Positions 51,490 to 63,055 of a stretch of DNA of 64,000 nt are shown in pieces (the stretch's first letter is position 1; every line of letters begins with the position of its first letter). Source of the stretch: Octopus vulgaris (Eukaryota). The stretch covers positions 76,508,001 through 76,572,000 of the forward strand of contig OX597823.1 in assembly GCA_951406725.2 (NCBI GenBank), in the 5' to 3' direction. The position numbers and the translations under genes are program-made. The notes under the pieces were generated by a model. The model did not search any database. It was not told where the DNA came from and saw only the letters and a list, made by a program, of their open reading frames with translations.

Positions 51490-51498
51490 CTCCCCTCC
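51490..51498 (-). promoter_or_regulatory. Polypurine tract
   Basis: GGAGGGGAG on the minus strand, 3 nt before the 3' LTR. Confidence 0.75.
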
Positions 51499-51695
51499 AG
51501 TGCCTAAGCACGAACAACAATTCCTTGTAGTGACCATAAAACTCAAGGTGGACACCAGATAACCAAAAATAGCACACAATATAATACATTAAACAGCAAA
51601 AAAAAAATTCACCTTAAAGGTAAAAAGAGAAAAATACTCAAAATGAGCAAAGTTCAATGAGTATTGAACTGTCACTGGGAAGTCAATTGAAAATG

Positions 51696-54600
51696 TCAAA
51701 TATAAATAGTTTTGGAAAGTTTTTTCGGCCAGTGAACAGTTCTGCCTGACCTCGTAACATAAGGTCTGTTCGAGGCAGGCTGCGACGACGAAGGTGGTGT
51801 TGTCGATGTTGGTGTTGATAATGGTGCATGTGTAAATAGTGGTGTTGTCAAAGGTGCATGTGAAGGTTCAACGATGGTTGTGGCAGTGGGGTCATTAAAA
51901 GATGTGGACACCTCAAAATATGCCCTTTTAAGACGATCTACGGAGACGGTCTCCGAACGACCGTTAATTTCAAGTTTGAATACCTTCGGCGTGCGAGAAA
52001 TCACACGAAAAGGTCCTTTATAAGGAGAAACAAGAGGTCCTTTGACAGAATCATCACGAATAAAAACATGCGTCCAAGAATTAAGGTCTGATGGCACACT
52101 AGAAGGAGGATTTTGGTGTCGAGGGTCCATAGGAGGAAGGGCAGAAAAATATCTGCGTAATCGAGCAACATAAGACTCTAAATTAAGAGACTGTGACTTG
52201 TCTGGCACCAACATCGTACCAGGCAATGCCAGTGTGGTACCATACAAGAGCTCGGCAGACGAAAAACCAAGGTCTGCTTTAATCGCAGTCCGACATCCAA
52301 GCAGGACGATCGGTAGAAATTCAGTCCATGACTGTGGATTCGGCGAGGCACGCAAAGCGGCCTTAAGTTGCCTATGGAAACGCTCCACCATCCCATTAGA
52401 AGCGGGGTGGTAACTTGTGGTGCGTATATGATGCATCCCCAGGATTCGTGATAACTCACGAAACAATGCAGACTCGAATTGTCGACCACGATCTGTGGTT
52501 AAACTGTACGGTACACCATACCTCGAAATCCAATTAGATACGAAAGCCCTCGCAACAGTTTCAGCTGACATGTCTGCTATAGGAATAGCTTCCGGCCAGC
52601 GTGAAAAACGATCAATACAAGTTAAAATGTATGAGAACCCGCGACTCACAGGCCATGGTCCAACCAAATCAAGGTGGATATGGCGAAAACGGGCTTCAGG
52701 AGAGGAAAATTGTCCAAGTGGAGCACGAACGTGTCTATGGACTTTAGCACTCTGGCACCTCAAACAAGAGCGTGCCCAAGAGGTAATTGATCGTCGCATA
52801 TTGGGCCAGAAGAACCGAGCAGTAACAAGCTTTACTGTGGCAGAGATACCTGGATGTGACAGTGAATGAAGAGCATCAAACACAGAACGTTGATGTTTCT
52901 CAGGTACTAATGGTCTAGGTGAACCGGTAGAAACGTCACAAAGAATAGAGCCTTCCGCTGTAGGGAGCGGAAGGTAGTCAAACTTACAGTTAATAAACTT
53001 AGGCGAAGTTAAATCCAACTCCTCTAAAGGTGGTTGATCCTGCGAAATAGCAGTTAAATCAATTGCTGCAGGAGAGGAAATGGAATTGACAGGGAGTCTA
53101 GAGAGAGCATCTGCAGGGACGTTCTCACTGCCTGGCACATGCCTAATGTCACTTGTAAATTGAGAAATATAGTCCAGGTGACGGAAAGCACGAGGAGAGA
53201 GTTTATCCGTTTTAGAAGATAATGCAAAAGTAAGGGGCTTGTGATCAGTATAAATCACAAACTCTCGTCCCTCGAGCTGGTGTTGAAAATGCCGAACTGA
53301 CAGATAGATCGCTAGTAACTCTCGATCAAAGGTACTATATCTGCGTTCAGCTGGCTTTAGCTGACAAGAAAAGAAAGCTAAAGGTTTAACTTCACCCTCT
53401 ACGGTGTGCTGCAAAACAGCGCCAATTGCAGACTCTGATGCGTCCACAGATAAAGTAAGTGGAGCATTAGGAGCCGGATGTGCCAAAATAGGGACTGAAG
53501 CTAGTTCCTTTTTAACCAACTCAAAGGCAGACAGTGCTTCAGCCGAAAGAGTAAGACGGGCGTCCTTCTTGGAATTGCCCTTTAGCATTTGTGTTAAAGG
53601 TAACAACTTGTCCGCACACCGATCTATGAAACGTCTATAGAAATTTACTATGCCTAAAAAATGGCGAAGTTGACGCAAAGAAGAAGGTGGTGCGATGCGC
53701 TGAATAGCATCGACTTTGGATGAGAGTGGTTTGATTCCTCTCGAGTCAATATAATGACCGAGAAAATTAAGAGATGGTTGCCCAAAAACACACTTGTCTG
53801 GATTAATGCGAACACCATAGTCGCGAAGACGCTGAAAAAGCTGAGACAAGTGCAGGAGATGATTTTCATGCGTATCACTTGCGATTAGAATATCATCGAC
53901 ATACGCGAACACAAAATCAAGTCCGCGAACAACTTCATCTATAAACCGTTGGAAAGTACTAGTGGCATTCCTCAAACCAAAACTCATAAATAAAAATTCG
54001 AAACAGCCAAAAGGAGTAGTAATTGCTGTTTTAGGAATATCGTCTGAGTTGACCGGTATTTGATGGTAGGCACGTATCAGGTCAACCTTAGAAAAAATAG
54101 TACAGCCATGTAAATTTGCCGAAAAATCGTTTAAAATCCTTATGGGATATTTGTCCGGAATCGTCACCGAATTTAGACGCCGATAATCTCCCACCGGGCG
54201 AAAATCTGTATCCCCTTTTCTTACTAAATGAAGGGGAGATGCCCATGGACTGGTGGAGGGGCGTATCAGACCGAGCTGGAGCATATGCTCAAACTCAGCC
54301 CTAGCAGTTTGAAGTCGATCAGGTGCAAGACGCCTTGGACGTGAAAAAACAGGAGGTCCAGTTGTTGTTATAAAGTGTCGTGTCGAATGCAATGGCTTAG
54401 CCACCCTAAAGGTAACATCATATAGCTCTGGAAAAGAAGCTAAAAGAGAGTGAAAAACATCTCCAGATGTACCGACAAAAAATGTCGGGCTAAGAGCTAA
54501 ATTGGTAGATTCTCCGGTCGGCGTGGAGAGTGTAGTCGAACTATCGACCAACCTCCGACGTCTGACATCTACCAACAAATCAAATTTATCCAGAAAATCC

Positions 54601-54887
54601 GCACCTAAAATAGGATGCGGAATGTCGGCAATGACAAAAACCCATTGAAAGTCTCGTCGAAGACCAATATCAAGGCGCAACGACATCTGACCGAATGTGG
54701 CTATTGGTGACGAGTCAATAGCGTGCAAGATGACGTTAGATCGCTTTGGCCTGTCGGTTGTGCAACGCAGAGGCCAAATACTGCAACAAGAACCAGTGTC
54801 CACCATGAAGTTTTTCTTCGACACTAGATCTTTAACAAAGAATGCACGATAACCAGAAAATGTTGTGGAGGAAGTTGACGTGCTCAA
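51696..54887 (-). CDS. pol: Gypsy Pol polyprotein (aspartic protease, reverse transcriptase, RNase H, integrase); probably translated as Gag-Pol by -1 frameshift
   Basis: Uninterrupted 1063-aa ORF. Motifs: FMVDTGS (protease); SPWASP, DYRRLN, FGLRNA, YVDD (RT); [23 protein letters not shown] (RNase H); H..SH...C..C zinc motif, [20 protein letters not shown] core and a GPF motif (integrase). The frame is open upstream to the slippery site. Confidence 0.97.
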   Translation of the reverse strand: MSTSTSSTTFSGYRAFFVKDLVSKKNFMVDTGSCCSIWPLRCTTDRPKRSNVILHAIDSSPIATFGQMSLRLDIGLRRDFQWVFVIADIPHPILGADFLDKFDLLVDVRRRRLVDSSTTLSTPTGESTNLALSPTFFVGTSGDVFHSLLASFPELYDVTFRVAKPLHSTRHFITTTGPPVFSRPRRLAPDRLQTARAEFEHMLQLGLIRPSTSPWASPLHLVRKGDTDFRPVGDYRRLNSVTIPDKYPIRILNDFSANLHGCTIFSKVDLIRAYHQIPVNSDDIPKTAITTPFGCFEFLFMSFGLRNATSTFQRFIDEVVRGLDFVFAYVDDILIASDTHENHLLHLSQLFQRLRDYGVRINPDKCVFGQPSLNFLGHYIDSRGIKPLSSKVDAIQRIAPPSSLRQLRHFLGIVNFYRRFIDRCADKLLPLTQMLKGNSKKDARLTLSAEALSAFELVKKELASVPILAHPAPNAPLTLSVDASESAIGAVLQHTVEGEVKPLAFFSCQLKPAERRYSTFDRELLAIYLSVRHFQHQLEGREFVIYTDHKPLTFALSSKTDKLSPRAFRHLDYISQFTSDIRHVPGSENVPADALSRLPVNSISSPAAIDLTAISQDQPPLEELDLTSPKFINCKFDYLPLPTAEGSILCDVSTGSPRPLVPEKHQRSVFDALHSLSHPGISATVKLVTARFFWPNMRRSITSWARSCLRCQSAKVHRHVRAPLGQFSSPEARFRHIHLDLVGPWPVSRGFSYILTCIDRFSRWPEAIPIADMSAETVARAFVSNWISRYGVPYSLTTDRGRQFESALFRELSRILGMHHIRTTSYHPASNGMVERFHRQLKAALRASPNPQSWTEFLPIVLLGCRTAIKADLGFSSAELLYGTTLALPGTMLVPDKSQSLNLESYVARLRRYFSALPPMDPRHQNPPSSVPSDLNSWTHVFIRDDSVKGPLVSPYKGPFRVISRTPKVFKLEINGRSETVSVDRLKRAYFEVSTSFNDPTATTIVEPSHAPLTTPLFTHAPLSTPTSTTPPSSSQPASNRPYVTRSGRTVHWPKKLSKTIYI

Positions 54888-54898
54888 ATTCTCCGAAT

Positions 54899-55626
54899 CT
54901 AGTTTAAAGACTTATAAGTGCATGGCTGTGTGCACCTATGTGCATTCTCTCCATACTTGGAGTGGTACCAACACAGTCCAGACTTAGACTGTTTTGATCT
55001 CGAGGATGAACGACTGCGACTTCGCGATTTTGAAGATCGCTTACCATCGCGACACATCGCGTCCATCCTTTTAGTGAGGGTTTCTATTAGTTTAGAAAGC
55101 CCCTCAATTGAGGCCGAAGAGGTCTGTGAACAGGCACAAGCAGACCGTGACGATGGTTGAACGGCAAATTCAACCATCTTATCAGCCATCGTTGCTATTT
55201 GGTCCACTGTATTTGTCTCTAAGCCGGTTGCCAAAACGGTCTGTATATAGGTGGGCAACCTCGAAAAAAAATCTTCCGAAGGAGGTTGGCGTCTGATGCA
55301 TTACCACTTAACTCCCTCAGTCTTCGTAAAAATTCTGACGGAGTTCTGTCCCCTAGTTGCTCATCTGCCATTAACTCGTTGAAACGACTTTCCTCGCTTC
55401 GTGTATTTCTTTTTTCAACCTCTAATTTAACAGACGCATAAGTAGCGCCTGGACTAGGGTCTGTGATCAGGTCCCTTGCTGAAGATGCCAGTTGCGGCGG
55501 CATGCAACCATAAAGGATTTGCAACTGCTGCTCGGGAGTAATACTTTGTGCACGAAATTGTGCCTCTAACTGTGAAAACCACAGTGTGGCATCACCTGTA
55601 AAAGTAGGTAACGAACCCATAAACAT
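54899..55626 (-). CDS. gag: Gag (~242 aa when one T is restored in the T8 run at 55264-55271)
   Basis: ORFs 55219-55626 ([19 protein letters not shown]...[16 protein letters not shown]) and 54899-55258 ([10 protein letters not shown]...[18 protein letters not shown]) join as ...[12 protein letters not shown] with a 1-nt shift. C-terminal C-x2-H-x9-C-x3-C knuckle. Confidence 0.88.
54902..54908 (-). promoter_or_regulatory. -1 programmed ribosomal frameshift slippery site T_TTA_AAC at the gag/pol junction
   Basis: Minus strand ...TCT TTA AAC TAG ends gag. The -1 frame TTT AAA CTA GAT TCG GAG AAT TTG AGC runs into pol. Confidence 0.8.
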
Positions 55627-56046
55627 TTTGTAGCCTTTTATTCACTAGATGACTCTGTCAAATGGAAAAAAGAAAACTGACAACGAATCAACGCTGAACA
55701 GACGCAACAAGGAAAAACAAAGGGAAAAAGAAAGGAAGAAAGAAAGAAAGACCAACAATTGAACCAATAAATTTTGAATGTGCAATTTACAAAAAAAAAA
55801 ATGTTTTTTTTTTTTGTTTTTTTTTGTTTGTACTGTGTGCACAGAGAATAGAAAAAAATTCTTTTCTTTTTTTTGTTTTTTACCAACCTTCGTCGCGTTT
55901 TAATCGAGAAAAAAAATTTCTTCACTCGTGCGTGAGTGCAGATGAAGAAACAAACTGTTGAAAGGGACTGGAAAACAGGTTGGTCCTGTTTCAGACTTGG
56001 CAGAAAAACTGGATTTTTTCTTTTTTGTTGAGTGTTCTCTGGAACT

Positions 56047-56058
56047 TCGGGGTCACCA
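56047..56058 (-). promoter_or_regulatory. Primer-binding site, tRNA-Trp
   Basis: Minus strand TGGTGACCCCGA lies 1 nt after the 5' LTR. It is complementary to the 3' end of eukaryotic tRNA-Trp (...UCGGGGUCACCA), the same start as the avian retrovirus tRNA-Trp PBS. Confidence 0.85.
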
Positions 56059-56059
56059 C

Positions 56060-56645
56060 TGTAAGGAATATGTGAATATCTCCTCTTGCACTTTTGGGGT
56101 GCAAGTTGGTGCAATCACTTTCCGTTGCTTTTATATCCAGACTCTACCAGTCAAAGAAACACAAAACGCAGACGTAAAAAATAGATATACTTTATTGTTT
56201 TATACCGGTGAGAAATCAGTGGTATATCTGATGTCCTTGGTTCTGGGCGCGCAAGGCTGAAAGTTAATCGATTGTAATATTTACAATGTTCAGCCGCTAA
56301 AAACAGAACGGGTCAAAAATGGCGTCCGGAGGAAGAAGATGATTTGACTGCAACAATTCAGGTTAAAAGTCTTCGGCCAAAAGACTGCTGCTATCAAAAC
56401 CGGAGAGAGAGCGAATTAAACGTCTGCTTCTATGAAATGCCTGCCGCTGTCTGTCGGACGCTAATGGTCAACGCTTTACGCTCCCTTGCCTCTTTGTTAA
56501 GGCTCACGCTCCCTTGCCTCTTTGTTAAGGCTCGCGCTCCCTTGCCTCTATAAGCTAAGGCCACGTCAGCAAAATTCCCTCCTCCGGACTTCGTGTATTC
56601 GCGAGAGGGCGTTGCGCGCGCGCGCTGTTGTATAGGATCACTACA
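56060..56645 (-). repeat. 5' LTR (586 bp)
   Basis: Direct repeat of 50877-51486, followed on the minus strand by the PBS. Contains 3 copies of a ~28-bp unit (56479-56563). Confidence 0.96.
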
Positions 56646-56917
56646 GGAGCGAAGGACTTAACTGATTAAGTAAGTAGTGTGAAGGTATGGACTGGTATTT
56701 AGGCTGTTAGGTTTATGACCATAAGGTCGTGGGTTCAGTTTCTGAATCAGAAGATAGTATGGTTTTCTATGCATGGCACTTCATTTCATGTAGTCCCAGT
56801 TAAACCACTCCAAAAATGAAGTGCATCTACTGCAGTATATTGGTACATCACAGGCTATCAGCCCTAACTTATGCAAATGCAAGATATCTGTGGCCCTTGT
56901 TGGATACAGTAACAATG

Positions 56918-57190
56918 GATGATGATGATGATGATGATGATGGTGGCAGCGGCAATGGTGATTGAGATGGTGGTCGTGGTTGTGGTCATGGTGATGGTGA
57001 TGATGACAATATTGATGATGGTAATGGTAATGATGATGGTGGTGATGGTGATGGTAGTGGTAGTGGTTGTGGCGGTGGTTGTGGTTGCACTGGTGGTGGT
57101 GATAGTGGTGGTTGTGGTTGCGCTGGTAGTGGCGGTGGTGGTGGTGCTGCTGCGGGTGCTCGTGTACTGGTGATGGTTGTGGTGTTGGTA
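56918..57190. repeat. (GAT/GGT)n microsatellite
   Basis: Read directly from the sequence. Confidence 0.9.
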
Positions 57191-57562
57191 GATAAATATT
57201 AAGAGAAATTGTTTTTAACTTAATAGATAAATATACTTTCCACTGTTTACCACTTAAGTACGAAGGGTTGTGTTCTTGAGCATGGTTCAGGACTCTACAG
57301 ACCTCACACTGTCTCAGTGATAATGAGATCCCACACTTACTGTTTGGATATTATATTAAAATCTGGTGGTTGAAAATCAAAATCAGACATAAGTAATTAT
57401 TCTCTTGTGAAAGAGACAAGATGAAACAAATTGCTTTATAACGTTATTAATTGTAAGAAAGACATAATCACATGACGAAAGTTATTAATCATAAGACAAC
57501 ATGATATATAAATAGTGTGGCCATATTTTGCTGTCTATTTGTTTGTTTATTTGTCTGTTTGT

Positions 57563-57975
57563 AAGTAGTAGTAGTAGTAGTAGTAGTAGCAGCAGCAGTA
57601 ACAGCAGCAGTAGTAGTAGTAGTAGCAGCAGTAACAGCAGCAGCAGCAGTAGTAGTAGTAGTAGCAGTAGTAGTAGTAATAGTAGTAGCAGCAGCAACAG
57701 CAGTGGTAGCAGCAGTAGTAGTAGTAATAGTAATGGCAGCAGCAACAGCAGCAGCAACAGCAGTAGTAGTAGTAGTAACAGCAGCAGCAGCAGTAGTAGT
57801 AGTAGTAGTAGTTGTAGCAGTAGTATCAGCAGTAGTAGTAGTAGTAGCAGTAGTAGTTGTAGCAATAGTAGCAGCAGCAGTAGTAGTAGTAGTAGTGGCA
57901 GCAGCAGCAACAGTAGTAGTAGTAGTAACAGCAGCAGCAGTAGCAGTAGCTGTAGCAGCAGTAGTAGTAGTAGTA
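57563..57975. repeat. (AGT/AGC)n microsatellite
   Basis: Read directly from the sequence. Confidence 0.93.
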
Positions 57976-58384
57976 TAGTATTAGTAGGTTGTTGTTGCTG
58001 TTGTTTAAAACCACAGGTTAATCTCAACCAAGCAACCTAATGAAAAGCATTACAGCCTTGATCAGCCCACTCTTTAATTAATTGAGTGTTGCATACCTAG
58101 GACTACATTATCAAATGTGTTGTTTCTATTTTCAATACAATAAAGTGGGATTTGAGTGAGATATGTTGACTATTTCTAGCAAGCCGAGCCACCATGTGTA
58201 GATTCCTTTATCAATGTGATATGAATCGAGATAGTCATGTTTAAGCTATGAAATGTTATTATGGTGCACATAAGGTAAATATGTAAGAAACGGAATAACA
58301 ATATGTTAAGAATCGAGTGAAATGCTGTTGTTGTTTAGATCTTGTTCAACCGTAAGCTTACATTCCTATGATCTAAGATAGGCA

Positions 58385-58587
58385 TTCTTTTATTCTTTTA
58401 TTCTTTTATTTGTTTCAGTCATTTGACTGCGGCCATGCAGGAGTACTGCTTTTAGTCGAACGAATCGACCCCGGGACTTATTCTTTGTACGCCTTATATT
58501 TATTCTATTGGTTTCTTTTGCTGAACTTCTAAGTTATGGGGGTGTAAACACACCAACATTGGTGCGATGGTGAGGGTACAAACACAG

Positions 58588-58618
<31 letters not shown>

Positions 58619-59025
58619 CGATGGGCTTCTTTCAGTTTCCGTCTACTAAATCCACTCACAAGGCTTTGGTTGACCTGAGGCTATAGTAGAAGACACTTGC
58701 CCAAAATGCCACACAGTGGGACCGAACCCAGAACCATGTGGTTAAGAAGCAAGCTTCTTATTTCTTTATCACCCACAAGGGGCTAAACATAGAGGGGACA
58801 AACAAGGACAGACAAATGTATTAAGTCAATTACATCGACCCCAGTGCATAACTGGTACTTTATTTATCGACCCTGAAAGGATGAAAAGCAAAGTTAACCT
58901 TGGCGGAATTTGAACTCAGAGTGTAAAGACAGATGAAATATCGCTAAGCATTTTTCCTGACGTGCTAACGTTTCTGCCAGCTACACTGCCTTGTTACCAC
59001 AAGCTTCTGACCACACAACCACACC
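58385..59025 (-). mobile_element. SINE family A with nested SINE B (58761-58993)
   Basis: Reverse complement of family A; the head is interrupted by family B. Confidence 0.8.
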
Positions 59026-59640
59026 AGGGCTGCATGAAACACAATTCATTATGAAGTGGGTTGCACCACTAAAAAAAAATTTCAAGCTAATTTCCTCACA
59101 TGTATACTTTTCAGAAAGACCTGCAGGCTGAAGTTTGCCTACAAGTGGACTAAGGAATCACATTTTTGACCAACCGGCCTTTTATTTTCATAAACCCATT
59201 ATCAGATATATCCTTCTCTTCTTAACCTGTTAGTGTTCACATTACCCTGTCAAATGTAATGCATGTTTACTCACATTGATAAGAATTGAGTGAAATGTTG
59301 CTGTTGTTTAGATTTTGTCAACCATAAGCTTACATTCCTATGATCTAAGATAAGCATGACTTGATTTGATTTTATCTAGTTTCAACTCATGAGCTTGTGG
59401 CCATGCTGGGGCCCTGCCATAGGCAACTTTGTTCAAGAAGTGGGTTGCATGAAACACGACTCATTATGAAGTTGGTTGCACCACTAAAAAAATTTCAAGC
59501 TAACTTCCTGACATGCATGCTATTTAGAAAGACCTGCAGGCTGAAGTTTGCACATATGGCTGGACTAAGGAATCATGTTTTTGACCAACTGTCATTTTAT
59601 TTTTATAAACATATTATTTAATGCATCCTTCTCTTCTTGA

Positions 59641-59861
59641 CCCTTTAGTATTCACAATTACCCTGTCAAATGTAAAGCTTATTTGTACACATTGTTTTGA
59701 ATCAATCATACATTATCTTGTAGCTTCGAGATTTTGATGATGTGATAATTTATTTTTAAAATGACATTGTAGGGTAGGTGTAAGAGGTAGAATCTGGCTG
59801 GTTTCAAAATAAAACAAAAGGAATATTTTGGCCAGATATGGCTTGTTTAAATGAAAAAGGG
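59641..59861. mobile_element. piggyBac-type MITE
   Basis: TTGA|CCCTTTAG...AAAGGG|TTAA; internal sequence homologous to 36752-36963. Confidence 0.7.
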
Positions 59862-59889
59862 TTAAAGCAACGCCATTTTATCTTTCAAC

Positions 59890-60340
59890 CTGTTACTTGT
59901 TTCAGTCATTCGACTGTGGCCATGCTGGGGCACCACCTTGAAGAAATTGTAGTCAAATGAATCAACCCCAGCACTTACTTTCTTTTTAAGCTTGGTACTT
60001 ACTGTATCAGTTTCTTTTGCCGAACTACTAAGTTATAGGGATGTAAACACACCAGCACCAGCTATCAAGAGATGGTGGGTGGACAAACAAACACACGCAC
60101 ACACACACACACAAGCACACACACATGCATACACACACTCACACACACACACATTCTCACACATACACATATATATGATGGGCTTCTTTCAGTTTCCATC
60201 TACAAGATCCACTCAAGGCTTTGGTTGACCCAAGCTTAGTTGAAGACATTTGCCCAAGGTGTCAAGCAGTGAGACTGAACCCAAATCCATGTAGTTGGTA
60301 AGCAAGCTTCTCACCACACACAACCACACTGGCACCTATA
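59890..60340 (-). mobile_element. SINE family A
   Basis: Reverse complement of the family A consensus. Confidence 0.78.
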
Positions 60341-61140
60341 ACAGACAACGATTTTGTTGACATTTTTAGTACATAGAATGCTTTTGTTTAGCTATTTTTT
60401 CCCTTCAGTCACTGAGTGCAGTTCTATCAAAATAAGTTGATAAATATATGCTATAGATAGTTGGTCATGTGGTTATGTAATGAAAGAGGATAGTCATGTC
60501 GTTATGCAATGACAGAGGATAGTCACATGATCAATTGTCATGTTATGACAATTGATCAGGCATTTTTCTTTTCCAATATCATACTCTAGCAACCATATTA
60601 ATGTGGAGGTGTTTTTGTGCATTTTCATTAATTTTACTTCATTCATACAAATTCAAATAAATGTAATTAATTGTTTCAAACACTAAATATTTGTAAAAGT
60701 ATTTCCTGTTCATCTTTTCATTCCGTTTATGTTCTCAAAGAGTCTTATCTCGTGTGATTCATCATAGCCAAAAGGTTTCTGGTTTCTAATGAGGGTCGCT
60801 TCCTCTTACTCTAAACTATGAATACACTTTTCCATAGGGGATTTGAAGTCACAACTACACAATGATATATAACACTCCTTCATTTGACAATGTTTCCACC
60901 ATTTGCAGTATTGGTTGTTGTTGCTGTTGTAATCATCACCACCATTGCCATCACCTTCATCGTCACTATTGGTTAGCACAAGAACAGCCCTGAAAGTCTG
61001 TAGGCAGGTGGTGGAACAACTTGACATAATCCACAGATCCATAGATCCATTGTTGTAAATATACTACAATAATCCTATCATGTGCACTCTAACTCTAGCA
61101 GTTTACCAAATAAGGAGCTATGTAGAATTTCAGATACATT

Positions 61141-61540
61141 GGCGAGCTGGCAGAAACGTGAGCACGCTGGACGAAATGCTTAGTAGTATTTCGTCTGCTG
61201 TTACGTTCTGAGTTCAAATTCCGCCGAGGTCGACTTTGACTTTCATCCTTTTGGGGTCGATAAATTAAGTACCAGTTACGCACTAGGGTCGATGTAATCA
61301 ACTTAATCCGTCAGTATGTCCTTGTTTGTTTCCTTTGTGTTTAGCCACTAGTGGGTAGTAAAGAAATAGGTATTTTATCTGCCATTATGTTCTGAGTTCA
61401 AATTTCACCAAGGTCAACTTTGCCATTCATCCTTTCAGGGTCGATAAATTAAGTACTAGTTATGCACTGGGGTTGATGTAATCTGTTCTTGTTTGTCCCC
61501 TCTATGTTTAGCCCCTTGTGGGCAATAACGAAATAAGAAA
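61141..61540 (+). mobile_element. SINE family B tandem/nested dimer
   Basis: Full copy to about 61370, then a second copy restarting at the internal GGTATTT site. Confidence 0.78.
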
Positions 61541-62329
61541 CATTACTGCTTTTTCTTCCCTGTCCAGCCACTAGATTCAGGTGAGAACTTCAATAAATAG
61601 TAACTGGTAAAGTGGATTTGATTAAAACATGACAGTTGTTGCTCTTTAATGTTTATCTCATACTCTGTTGACTTGCCTCTCTGTGTTCTATTCATGGCCC
61701 CTGTTACCCTCTGTTTAGTCTTAAATCAGCCCTGATTAAGTATACCTATGATGAAATTTATCCCAGTTGCGACCATCTTATCTTTTTACATATTTATAAC
61801 TAAAATAACCATCATGACCTTCTTTCTTCTAAGAAGGTAGGATGTAATTTGAGGGCAATTTAGTTGTTATTTCTAGTAGATTGAGCAAGCATATTGAGAC
61901 TCCTTCGTTGGCTCATTCACATCTTCATGATAGACATAGCATCCTTAAAGGTAGAGACAAACATGCACAGTCCTCATGGTACCTTAGTTCATACTATTGT
62001 AACTAATATTCTATGCTCTATGCTGTGTTTCTGCTCTTGCAAATCTCTGGTACTTAACTGGCAACATATAAAGCATTAGTATCATTTATGTAGATTCACA
62101 TAAGCCTGGGCCATACTGAACTGGCCTCTCAAACCTACCCTGCAATGTCATTCCAAAAATATACCATCATGTGACTGAAATTTTCGAAGTTACAAGATAA
62201 TACAGAATAAATTCAAAGTGATGTGAATAAATAAACATTATGTTTGATAAAGTAATTTGAATACACAAGTATTTAAGTGATCTAAATTAAAACAGCCATC
62301 AAAATTCCATCTTAATTAATCTTTTTATC

Positions 62330-62730
62330 GTTCACTTGTTTCAGTCATTTGACTGTGGCACAACCATGAACAATTTTAGCTGCATGAATTGACCCCCATA
62401 CTTTTTATTTAAGCCTAGTACTTATTCTATCAGAATCTTTTGCCGAACCGCTAAGTTACAAGGATGTAAACACACCACCATCGGTTTTCAAGTGATGTTG
62501 GGTGGGGGACAAACACAGACACACAAACATACACACACACACATATATATATATACATATATGCGACAGGCTTCTTTCAGTTTCCATCTACCAAATCCAC
62601 TCACAAGGCTTTGGTAAGCCTGAGGCTATAGTAGAAGAAACTTGCCCAAGATGCCACGCAGTGGGACTGAACCCAGAACCATGTGGTTGGTAAGCAAGCT
62701 ACTTACTACACAGCCACTCCTGCTCCTATA
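62330..62730 (-). mobile_element. SINE family A
   Basis: Reverse complement of the family A consensus. Confidence 0.8.
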
Positions 62731-62839
62731 TATATTTTCTCTACAGCAAGACACCTGTTTCTATCCCTTCATCACATTCTAATATTCCCTCACTTGGCAC
62801 AAAGACACTTCTTTTAATACCACCAAAAGAAGCTTTATC

Positions 62840-63055
62840 TTGCATGATACTTAGTGACTTTACCGGTGTTGGTGCCATTAAAAAAATACCAAGTCCACTC
62901 TATAAAGTTGTTGGCATTAGGAAAGTACATGCAGCCATAAAATCAATAACAAAGCACACAGTGGAGCTTGGCCCACCCTCTGGCTTACCAGTTCCTGTGA
63001 AACCTTCTAACCCATGCCAGCATGGTAGATGAACGTTAAAAAATGACAATGATGG
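62840..63055 (+). mobile_element. Repeat family C (diverged)
   Basis: GTTGGCATTAGGAAAG...AACCCATGCCAGCATGG..ACGTTAAA. Confidence 0.6.

Larger units (their letters stand above)
50877..56645 (-). mobile_element. Full-length Ty3/gypsy LTR retrotransposon (CsRn1/Kabuki/Boudicca-like lineage)
   Basis: Two near-identical LTRs with TGTA...TACA termini and a 4-bp TSD GGAG (50873-50876 and 56646-56649). Internal gag and pol have PR-RT-RH-IN order; a PBS and PPT lie next to the LTRs. Confidence 0.97.

Noticed and set aside
55638-56114. 158-aa ORF upstream of gag and small antisense ORFs within pol and the LTRs
   Set aside because: Low-complexity A/T-run leader spanning the LTR/PBS, or shadow frames of pol; no env or accessory gene is evident.
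57485-58040. Poly-Leu/Ser/Val ORFs (also 11827-12202 and 56919-57173)
   Set aside because: Trinucleotide microsatellites.
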